Assembly: GCA_044892525.1 (NCBI GenBank)
Contig: CM097886.1
Location: 15,686,001-15,750,000 of the forward strand
Direction of reading: 5' to 3'
Length of the DNA: 64,000 nt
Source: Schmidtea polychroa
Lineage: Eukaryota
The notes under the pieces are model-generated. The model did no database searches. It saw only the letters and a list, made by a program, of their open reading frames with translations, and was not told the DNA's origin. This document shows positions 51,314 through 59,540 of this stretch, one piece after another (the first letter of the stretch is position 1; each line of letters opens with the position of its first letter). Position numbers and translations under genes: made by a program.

Positions 51314-51842
51314 ATGTCGCAACCAAATTTTATGGAAAATGTTCTAAACGGAATTGTCACCGCGAATATAGTCGACAGCCTCAATTTCCTGATCAATCGA
51401 ACCGAACAAATCATTGAAGGTGAACATATCGATTATCAGCAGATGATGGAGATGGAATCCCTGGAAACCAAGAAGTATTACTTCAATAGAATATTTCAGG
51501 GTCTTTTCGATGAAGACATGAAATGGACAAGGATAATTGTAGGATTCACCTACATGAAGATAATCATTGCAAAAGGTCAACATGATTCAGAACATTATTA
51601 TCATTGGTCTTTAGAAGTAAGATTTCTTTTATAATCTATATTTTAATAATATTCATTTCTAGATAATCAAGTCCAAGTTTACCCCATGGATAGAAGCCAA
51701 TGACGGATGGGGTGTATTAAATAAACTGGCCTGCAATTTTAAAGAAACTGATGAAATCAAAAGAAAAATGAAAAACTATATAAAACTTACAACTGGAGTT
51801 GTTATAATGTATATTTTCTGTAGATATATGAATAAAAATTAA
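51314..51842 (+). CDS. Bcl-2 family protein, 160 aa, 2 exons (51314-51616, 51663-51842)
   Basis: BH1-like LFDEDMKWTRIIVGF in exon 1. Removing a 46-nt GTAAGA..CTAG intron gives BH2 PWIEANDGW and a C-terminal hydrophobic tail LTTGVVIMYIFC-RYMNKN. Confidence 0.88.
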
Positions 51843-51886
51843 TGTTATTGTTTTTAATAGTATATTTAAATGAAAATAATTCAATT

Positions 51887-52221
51887 TTAAAATTTATTAA
51901 CACATTCGCAATCGTCATCTCCACATTTCATTATATTTTCAACGACATGATCAATACAATCATTCGTAATATTATCTTTAGGTTCCTCTATAGGTTCATA
52001 GATTTCGTCATCAATTTCTTGAGTTTCTTCATGATTGTCAAATCCTGAATCTTGACTCTCAGCTACCCAGCCGATATTTAAGGCATTTGTAATAGATAAT
52101 ATATCCTCAATTTTTACACCAGCTATTTCTGCTAACTTTTCCAACAAAAAGTTGATTAATAATTCTAAATAATAAATAATTCGGTATTTAATTAATCATG
52201 TTAACCTTTTTCTGTAGTCAT
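51887..52221 (-). CDS. Acidic orphan protein, 97 aa, 2 exons (52221-52206, 52164-51887)
   Basis: ATG ACT ACA GAA AAA G | 41-nt GT-AG intron | AA TTA..; MTTEKELLINFLLEKLAEI...QDSGFD...CGDDDCEC. Confidence 0.7.
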
Positions 52222-52354
52222 TAATAACACTTTAAAACTATATTATAAGTTTGTTTATAGATTTTCTTTGTTAAATTTGCATGTCATTTGCATTAATGTT
52301 GCAATTAATAAAGAGAAAAAACAAATATGACTAATACATTTATTAAATATAACA

Positions 52355-52774
52355 TTAAAATAGTTGTGAAAGTCTAGCAGACATAATTTTCCAAATTGGA
52401 GAATACACATCATTATTATCAACTTTATATCCTTGAATTGCAATTGTAATATACCAATTTTCGTTTTCTTTGAAACCGATTTCATCAAATGAATCATAAA
52501 ATCTTGCATATCTGTTGTTGAACCAGGCATGTTGATTACAAGATAGATTCGTATTCAACCGTTTGAAAACCTCATCAATAGATTTAACATCTAACATTGA
52601 AAGCGTGCCGGATAAGAATTGAAATTTAGTTGGAATTAGCTTGATCGGTGACACCAATTTTATATTGATTTCTTCTTTTAAAAAATACATTTTATAGTTG
52701 TGGAACATTTGAACAGGTTGTACAAGTTCTGGAACAACTTTTGGCTTTTCAGTGCATGAAATTTTCTTTGTCAT
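52355..52774 (-). CDS. 139-aa protein, possible OB-fold ssDNA-binding protein
   Basis: Intact ORF with TATA and CCAAT upstream; C-terminal YITIAIQGYKV...YSPIWKIMSARL resembles the final strands of T7 gp2.5-like/viral SSBs (inference). Confidence 0.6.
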   Translation of the reverse strand: MTKKISCTEKPKVVPELVQPVQMFHNYKMYFLKEEINIKLVSPIKLIPTKFQFLSGTLSMLDVKSIDEVFKRLNTNLSCNQHAWFNNRYARFYDSFDEIGFKENENWYITIAIQGYKVDNNDVYSPIWKIMSARLSQLF

Positions 52775-53042
52775 CGCAAATAATGATTAAAATGAAATGG
52801 TACAGGGTTTTTATACCTATGACTATTGTTTATTAACCAATCAGATTGCTGTATGTCTTTGTTTAAATTGCATGTCTTTGTTTAAATTGCATGTCATTTG
52901 CATTAATGTTGCATTAATGTTTTTATTATAAATATTGTTTTTTATTATTATTATTTCTAATATTACTATTATTACTTATATTATTTCTATTATTTCGATT
53001 TACAAAAACAAAACAATTCAACATAAAAAAAAAAAAAAAAAT

Positions 53043-53452
53043 TTATTTTGATACAATCTGACTCGAGTGATGATTTCTCAGAGTCTTCACCAAACACCAT
53101 TCAACATATTGTTGATAACGGAAATTGCAACAGCTACATCCGAAAATGCAAGGAGCCTCTGCGTTCATTTCTTTCATCCCCCTTCCTATCTTGATATCCC
53201 ATAGAAAGGTGTTTATTATATCGAATATCCAGATTCGAGTTTGGTTGTATACCAAATCCGGAATGATAGCTGGATCTCTATCTTGTAGAATTTCATTTAA
53301 TTCTGGATAATAGAAACATAATCTTTGCAGGATAATTGATTGATATTCATCTGTAAAAAATATATATATTAATGTAATAATAAAAATTTGAAATTACCAT
53401 AATTTGCATGCTCTTTCATTGAGGTGATTGCGGAACTTTGTATGTTGTACAT
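53043..53452 (-). CDS. Cys-rich orphan protein, 120 aa, 2 exons (53452-53398, 53350-53043)
   Basis: 47-nt GTAATT..TACAG intron joins MYNIQSSAITSMKEHANY to DEYQSIILQRLCFYYPEL...PCIFGCSCCNF. Confidence 0.72.
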
Positions 53453-53573
53453 TTTTGTTGAATAAATGACAACTAAACCGAAAACATTTTGTTATAAATA
53501 ATCATCAGCCAATTAGATTTTGACCAATCAGAATCATGCATTTTAATTGCATTGAATTTGCAATGATAAATAA

Positions 53574-54038
53574 TTAATTAAGTGATAATAAAAAATCTAA
53601 AAATTCTTTTCCTTCAATTATTGATTTAATTTCAGATATGATATTATCAACTATACATTTGTAATCAATATTTTTTATTCCAAGAATTACTATCTTACCG
53701 CTAGCGAATATATTTACACACATAGGGTTATATTTTATATATCTCAAAGCTGGAAATAATTCTGGTTCGTAAAAGCATGGTATTAATTTAGCCAAATTAT
53801 TTAAATTACAAGAAAAACCTATATCGGAAGTTACGGTTATCGATTGTATTTCTAAATCATAAACATTATATTCACTAGCTTTGATTATTTCCTTACACCC
53901 CATAATTCTACATTTACCAGTTTTGAAATATATTATTGGATATTTTTTACTTCTATTGATAAGTTGTTGTGGTTTCCCCACTGGAAATACCATTTTTGAT
54001 ACATCAGCTTTTGCCCTGTAATTTATATTTGAAAGCAT
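53574..54038 (-). CDS. TATA-binding protein (TBP)-like protein, 154 aa
   Basis: Repeat 2 FYEPELFPALRY..NPMCVNIFASGKIVILGIK matches TBP YEPELFPGLIY..KP..VLLIFVSGKVVLTGAK; shortened repeat 1 IIYFKTGKCRIMGCK. Confidence 0.9.
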   Translation of the reverse strand: MLSNINYRAKADVSKMVFPVGKPQQLINRSKKYPIIYFKTGKCRIMGCKEIIKASEYNVYDLEIQSITVTSDIGFSCNLNNLAKLIPCFYEPELFPALRYIKYNPMCVNIFASGKIVILGIKNIDYKCIVDNIISEIKSIIEGKEFLDFLLSLN

Positions 54039-54148
54039 TTTAATGAAATAATTATAAAAAACTCTGTTATATATATAGTTATTTTAAAAAGGAGTTCATT
54101 TAAATTATCAATATAAACAATAATTATATAGTTTAAATTTAAAAAAAA

Positions 54149-54787
54149 ATGGAATTACGAAATGATGTAGTATACCAAATCGTTGGTCCGAGTGGTAGTG
54201 GAAAAACATTATTTGTTTGTAAATTATTAAAATCTAATTTGTTCAAAACAAAATTCAACAATATTTATTGGCATAGGGGCGCCGGTGAAGAACATGGATT
54301 GACTTAATCAAGTTTCTGTCAATTGAAAAACATGAAAATAGTAAAGGGTTTTGATAAAAACTGGTCAAGTCGTTTGAAAAAAGATGATGTCATCATTATC
54401 GATGATTTGTATCAAGAAGCCAATAAAGAAAAGGATTTTAATAATTTATTCACAAAAATCAGCAGACATGTTGGTGTAACAGTTATTTTCATAACACAAA
54501 ATCTATTTCATCAAGGTGGTGCACATCGAACACGTAATTTAAATGTACAATATCTAGTTATTTTCAAGAATCCTAGAGATGCAACTGTCATCGATTTTCT
54601 TGGACGACAAGCATACCCTAATAACCGTAATTTTCTTATCAGTGCATTTCAAGATGCTACGAAAATACCTCATGGGTATATATTTCTCGATTTCACACAA
54701 CAATGTCCTGATGATATACGGGTAAAAACAGATATTTTCGACCCAAAAGGTGCCATGGTATATAAACAAAGTTTAAAACAAATTTGA
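54149..54787 (+). pseudogene. Polinton packaging ATPase (A32/FtsK-like) with in-frame TAA at codon 53
   Basis: ATG 54149; Walker A GPSGSGKT; TAA 54305-54307; Walker B IIIDD; FTKISRH, ITQN, RTRNLN, FKNPRD, HGYIFLDF. Confidence 0.93.
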
Positions 54788-54901
54788 AAACACATAAATC
54801 ATGTTTTCAAAAACAAGGATATCGAGTAAAAACAACCAAAAGTTCCACCAACAACTAGTTATACTCCATCTAAAGAACGTATTACAGAAAATTTTCCTGC
54901 A

Positions 54902-55294
54902 ATGAATCTCATTTCGAAAAATCCTTAACCTAAAACTAAAAGTAAAACCACTAAGAAAGTAAAAGTTGTTAAAAATCATCGGAGTTTCCCGTTTTTCAAT
55001 ACATTGTTAAAAGCACCCAGTATGAAAAGAAACAGTATTTTGCAATCTTTTCCAAATTATGTTGTCGATGATTTACTCGATATTATACTTAAAGTAGTCA
55101 AAGGTAAGATTAAAATCAGTAAATCTAAAAAGCAATTATTGAGTAAACATAGGAAACCTTTGCTATCATTAGTAAATAATAAAAATCGTCAACAAATGAG
55201 AAAAATTATATATAAACAACAAGGGGGATTTATCGGTGCATTGATACCTTTAGCAATATCATTATTAGGTGGAATAATAGGAAGTCGATCATAA
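54902..55294 (+). CDS. Basic core protein, adenovirus pX/mu-like C-terminus (5' part damaged or start at 55022)
   Basis: Lys-rich; ends KQQGG-FIGALIPLAISLLGGIIGS, resembling pX MRGG-ILPLLIPLIAAAIG; in-frame TAA at 54926. Confidence 0.7.
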
Positions 55295-55297
55295 ACA

Positions 55298-55525
55298 ATG
55301 GGTGCTAATCCTTCATTACCAGACATTAAATTTAATATTAAATCTTCTTGTTGTAATGGAGAAGATTTGGACGAACCCAGAAGACGAAGCCGGTTTCGGT
55401 GGAGTGGCAAAATTAAACAAAAGAGTTCCGAATTCGAAAAAGGAAACCCAGAAGTGGTTATCAGACCAGCTTGCGTACAGTTTGAACAAACCAATGCAGA
55501 AACGATTCCCAACAAGAGTATATAA
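55298..55525 (+). CDS. Overprinted 75-aa ORF with N-myristoylation signature, overlapping integrase
   Basis: MGANPS (MGxxxS), SCC, basic RRRSRFRW; ACAATGG context 3 nt after the pX-like stop. Confidence 0.45.
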   Translation: MGANPSLPDIKFNIKSSCCNGEDLDEPRRRSRFRWSGKIKQKSSEFEKGNPEVVIRPACVQFEQTNAETIPNKSI

Positions 55526-56540
55526 AACATATGGAATAAATGATTTATGGCAAATGGATTTGATGGAGATGATACCTTATTCGAAAATTAACAATGGGTA
55601 TAAATATATTTTAACATGTATTGATGTATTCAGTCGGTTTGCCCGAGCAATACCCGTCAAGGCAAAATCTGCAGATGAAATGTCTAAAGCTGTTAATGAT
55701 TTATTTAAAGATGGACATCCTAATANNNNNNNNNNNNNNNNNNNNNNNNNNNNNNNNNNNNNNNNNNNNNNNNNNNNNNNNNNNNNNNNNNNNNNNNNNN
55801 NNNNNNNNNNNNNNNNNNNNNNNNNNNNNNNNNNNNNNNNNNNNNNNNNNNNNNNNNNNNNNNNNNNNNNNNNNNNNNNNNNNNNNNNNNNNNNNNNNNN
55901 NNNNNNNNNNNNNNNNNNNNNNNNNNNNAACAGTAAAGTCAAGCAAATCCTCGATAAACTGAAAATAAATCACTACTCGGTACATTCTCAATACAAAGCT
56001 GCCCATGTTGAAAGATTTAATCGAACATTGAGAGATAGATTAAAGAAATTGTTCGTGCATCAAGGTAATAAAAAATGGGTAAATGCTTTACCGAAAATAA
56101 TAACAAGTTATAATCATTCATCACATCGAGGACTTAATGGATTGAGACCGGTTGATATTACATCAAAAACAATCTATTCTAAGAAATCTGTAAAAATTGC
56201 AAAACCTAAATATAAAGTCGGTGACCATGTTAGAATTAGTAAAATTAGTGCATCACCATTTATTAAAAATTTCGATACAAATTGGAGTGATGAAGTCTTT
56301 GTAATTTCAAAAATAAATACTAGTCAGAATCCTGTAATGTATGTCATCAGTGATTATGATAACAATATTGTACAAGGAAAGTTTTATGAGCAAGAATTAC
56401 AAGTTATTCCTCCCCCAAAAGTATTTAGAATTCAAAAGATATTGAAAACTAAAAAGGTCGGCAAGGATAAACAATTCTATGTCAAATGGCATGGTTATCA
56501 AAACCCATCATGGATATCAGAAAAGGATCTAGTAAAGTGA
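55356..56540 (+). CDS. Retroviral-type (c-)integrase with C-terminal chromodomain (N gap inside)
   Basis: WQMDLMEM, LTCIDVFSRF, AHVERFNRTL, KYKVGDHVRI, WSDEVF, chromodomain IQKILKTK..FYVKWHGY..SWISEKDL. Confidence 0.96.
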   Translation: MEKIWTNPEDEAGFGGVAKLNKRVPNSKKETQKWLSDQLAYSLNKPMQKRFPTRVYKTYGINDLWQMDLMEMIPYSKINNGYKYILTCIDVFSRFARAIPVKAKSADEMSKAVNDLFKDGHPNXXXXXXXXXXXXXXXXXXXXXXXXXXXXXXXXXXXXXXXXXXXXXXXXXXXXXXXXXXXXXXXXXXXXNSKVKQILDKLKINHYSVHSQYKAAHVERFNRTLRDRLKKLFVHQGNKKWVNALPKIITSYNHSSHRGLNGLRPVDITSKTIYSKKSVKIAKPKYKVGDHVRISKISASPFIKNFDTNWSDEVFVISKINTSQNPVMYVISDYDNNIVQGKFYEQELQVIPPPKVFRIQKILKTKKVGKDKQFYVKWHGYQNPSWISEKDLVK

Positions 56541-57553
56541 ATTTTTATACTATTTTACCAAGCAATAGTTGCCCGCTTATTCATCCAGATAATCAAGCCA
56601 GTAAATTCATGGTCAATCTCCAGAATCCGATTTCTTTAAATGGGGACTGGGAAGTTGCACTGCAAGATTTTACATTCGTGTACAATACATTCCCATTTTA
56701 TAGTCAATGTAAGATTGATTTCAAAAGGAATGCTATGAAAACATGTAGCGGTATCTTTATTATCAGTAATTATGATAAAACATATCATATTCCAAATCAA
56801 CTATTAAATCAGCACTGCTCTATGTTTTACAAGGATGGATTAAATATCAGTTGTGATTTTAAACCATTTACAATAACATTCGAATATATTGAAGATGCCA
56901 AACGATTGGGTTGCAATAAGTTGAAAAATGAAGTTATGGAAACAGAATATTTATTACGCTTTAATCTATTTGAAGCAAACAGTGTAATGAGAGAAGAAAT
57001 CAAAATATCAGTGTCGTATAATAATGAAGTTGAAGAATCATTCACCTTTGCTGACGAATTATATATTGATAAACTTGATGTGTTACTTAAATATTTAAAG
57101 TACAATTGTTCACACATATTTAAAAGTTTGGACATTGTGAAAGATTTGATGTTTACCTTCAGTTTGAATGATGATATTTGCGAAGTTACATTTGATAAAA
57201 ATTTGACAAATACACTTGGATTAGAGAAGCAGCAATATCGGGAAAAATCGGCTGGTATACGTAAACCAAGAATACTTGAACATCATCAACAAATGTTCAT
57301 ATATACTAATATTATTGAGCCTATAATTGTTGGTGATTCCAGTGTTCCTCTTTTGAAATCGGTATGGATTGGAAAATATGAACATGATGAAGTTGTCAAT
57401 ATAAATATCGATAATCCCATGTATTTACCAATAGCAAGCTCATGTATAAACAATATAGAAATAAATATTCGTGACGATAGTGGAAAACTTATAAACTTCC
57501 CAAAAGACTCAAAAACTCATTTGACACTACATTTTCGTAAAGTAGATGGCTAA
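56510..57553 (+). CDS. Penton/minor capsid protein (start ATG 56510 or GTG 56537)
   Basis: FYTILPSNS, F.VNLQNPISLNGDWEVALQD, FIYTNIIEPIIVGDSSVPLL, IEINIRDDSG..INF, LTLHFR. Confidence 0.92.
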   Translation: MDIRKGSSKVNFYTILPSNSCPLIHPDNQASKFMVNLQNPISLNGDWEVALQDFTFVYNTFPFYSQCKIDFKRNAMKTCSGIFIISNYDKTYHIPNQLLNQHCSMFYKDGLNISCDFKPFTITFEYIEDAKRLGCNKLKNEVMETEYLLRFNLFEANSVMREEIKISVSYNNEVEESFTFADELYIDKLDVLLKYLKYNCSHIFKSLDIVKDLMFTFSLNDDICEVTFDKNLTNTLGLEKQQYREKSAGIRKPRILEHHQQMFIYTNIIEPIIVGDSSVPLLKSVWIGKYEHDEVVNINIDNPMYLPIASSCINNIEINIRDDSGKLINFPKDSKTHLTLHFRKVDG

Positions 57554-57908
57554 TTCCGATATTATTAGTATGTATAGTGATAGCCAATCTGGCGGTGAAT
57601 TACCATATTTTATTGGTAAACAGTACGGATCAGGTTGGTTAAAAACAATAGGGAGATTTGCACTTCCTATTCTTAAACGTATCGGTAGTTTTGGTATGAA
57701 AACTGCAAAAGATGTTATTATGAATGAACAGAAAATATTACCATCCCTAAAAACAAATGCTTTAGCTGAGTTAGGGAAGGTTCTACCTGGAGTTGCTGGT
57801 ATGTTTCAAAAAGATACGCCCCCAGCCCCAGCTCCAAAACGTAAAGGACATGGAATATCGCGTATAAACAAACGAATGAAAGGACATGGAACTATATTTA
57901 CAAAATGA
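57546..57908 (+). CDS. pVI-like/membrane-active virion protein
   Basis: QYGSG followed by amphipathic WLKTIGRFALPILKRIGSFG; basic C-terminus; lies between penton and MCP. Confidence 0.75.
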   Translation: MANSDIISMYSDSQSGGELPYFIGKQYGSGWLKTIGRFALPILKRIGSFGMKTAKDVIMNEQKILPSLKTNALAELGKVLPGVAGMFQKDTPPAPAPKRKGHGISRINKRMKGHGTIFTK

Positions 57909-59128
57909 TTTGTGGTAAATCTGAATTATGTATATTTGATAGACCATCGCCTCAAGCGGTAATCGAATTTGGGGCCTTTGAGGAAGTTTTTCCTATGAAT
58001 TCAATTACTGATAGTAGAAATGATATCGAGTTTTATATTAATGGTTCACAAACTGAATATTTAGATTTGAATGATACTTTATTGACTGTTCAGATCAAGG
58101 TTGTAGATAAAGATAGAAAAGTTTTGGATGCCAATGCAGATGTAATACCGAACAATTTCATGTTTCATACTCTGTTTAAAGATGCAGTCTTGGGATTTAA
58201 TAATATTAAGATTGAGGCCGGAAATAATACATTCATTCACAAGGCTTTGATAGAAACTATTTTAAATTACAATTCTGATACTAAAAATACCTGTCTTACA
58301 CCTATGGGTTATGCAGCAACAGATGATGAAAGAAAAAAGTGGGTTAAAGGCTCAAAATCATTCACTATGTGCTCATCATTACAACTCGATTTTATGGATC
58401 AACCGAAATATTTGCTACCAGGAGTTAATGTACACATTAGATTGAAAAGGTCTGATTCTGCATTATCTCTTACTAGTGCAACTGGTGCACCAATATGCCA
58501 ATTAGTTGATGCAAAATTATTGGTGAGAAGAGTTCGAGTAGACCCGTCAGTATTAGCTGGTCATCAATTGGGTCTTAATTCAAAACATGCAATTTATCCT
58601 TTAAAAACAAAGGAAATTGTACAATTTGCTATTGCTAAAGGTGCTTCATCATTCTATAAAGAACAAATATTTGGTGACAGAAGAATGCCTAATTTTATTC
58701 TGGTAACATTTCAAAATGAAACGCAATATAATGGATCATATACTGCTTCCAGCTCAATTTTCAAAAATTTTGGTGTTACTTCATTGACTTTGTCGAAAAA
58801 TACTGATTATAGAGAAACATATACTCAAGATTTCGAAAGCGATAATTACTGTGCGACATATATGCAGAGTATTGTTAGAAATCTGGGTTACTTAGATAAA
58901 AACTTGAATTGTGGAATAACTCTAGAAGAATTTAAAAGCAAATATCCATTTTTTACATTTGTTTTAGCCCCTGATTTTGATTTAAATCAGAGTCAACTAC
59001 CACAAAACGGGAATTTACGACTGGATATTAAGTTTGCAAAAGCTATTACTGAACCGGTACATGTTATAATATATGGAGTATTTGAAAATGAAGTTCAAAT
59101 TACTGCAAATAGAACCGTGCTAGTATAA
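57905..59128 (+). CDS. Major capsid protein (double jelly-roll, Polinton type)
   Basis: CGKSELCIF..P.Q, IEFYI, YLDLNDT, KYLLPGVNVHIRL, FFTFVLAPD, GNLRLDIKF. Confidence 0.95.
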   Translation: MICGKSELCIFDRPSPQAVIEFGAFEEVFPMNSITDSRNDIEFYINGSQTEYLDLNDTLLTVQIKVVDKDRKVLDANADVIPNNFMFHTLFKDAVLGFNNIKIEAGNNTFIHKALIETILNYNSDTKNTCLTPMGYAATDDERKKWVKGSKSFTMCSSLQLDFMDQPKYLLPGVNVHIRLKRSDSALSLTSATGAPICQLVDAKLLVRRVRVDPSVLAGHQLGLNSKHAIYPLKTKEIVQFAIAKGASSFYKEQIFGDRRMPNFILVTFQNETQYNGSYTASSSIFKNFGVTSLTLSKNTDYRETYTQDFESDNYCATYMQSIVRNLGYLDKNLNCGITLEEFKSKYPFFTFVLAPDFDLNQSQLPQNGNLRLDIKFAKAITEPVHVIIYGVFENEVQITANRTVLV

Positions 59129-59540
59129 ATGTATACAGAAACACAAAAAGTTGTCATGGAGTAAGTTTTTTGATACTGTTTAATTTTATTAAAGTAGTTC
59201 TGTTCAGGTTAATCGAATTGGAAAACAAATATTAGGAAATGAATTTGTAGGAGTTTTTCCTCTTGATAAAATTCCTTATTTGAGCAATAATCAAGCCATA
59301 ATCATCAATACTCATTCGTCTCATCTTGGTGGAGAACATTGGATAGCTATATATGTGAAACCTAGTAATATATTCGTATTCGATCCTATGGGTTTCTATT
59401 ATCCTGCTTTGTTGATATCAAAACTTCAAACAATTGGGAAACCTATTGTATATAATAAAACTATGTTTCAAAATCCATTGACTCAAACATGTGGTCAACA
59501 CTGTTTGGCATGGTTGTTGTATAAAAAATTTGATGGTTAA
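59129..59540 (+). CDS. Adenain-like cysteine maturation protease, 2 exons (59129 or 59156-59160, 59195-59540)
   Basis: 34-nt GTAAGT..AAAG intron gives MDSSVQVNRIG..FVGVFPLD; catalytic GEHW, FDPMG, FQ, CGQHC. Confidence 0.92.

Noticed and set aside
53402-53409. Octamer ATTTGCAT as a promoter site
   Set aside because: Falls inside coding exon 1 of the Cys-rich orphan (His-Ala-Asn codons).
54285-54312. Intron that would remove the ATPase stop
   Set aside because: The GT..AG candidate is 28 nt and phase-incompatible (phase 1 donor, phase 2 acceptor).
54149-54930. Alternative genetic code (TAA reassigned)
   Set aside because: TAA terminates many other viral ORFs here (Bcl-2, MCP, penton, adenain), and long ORFs contain no internal TAA.
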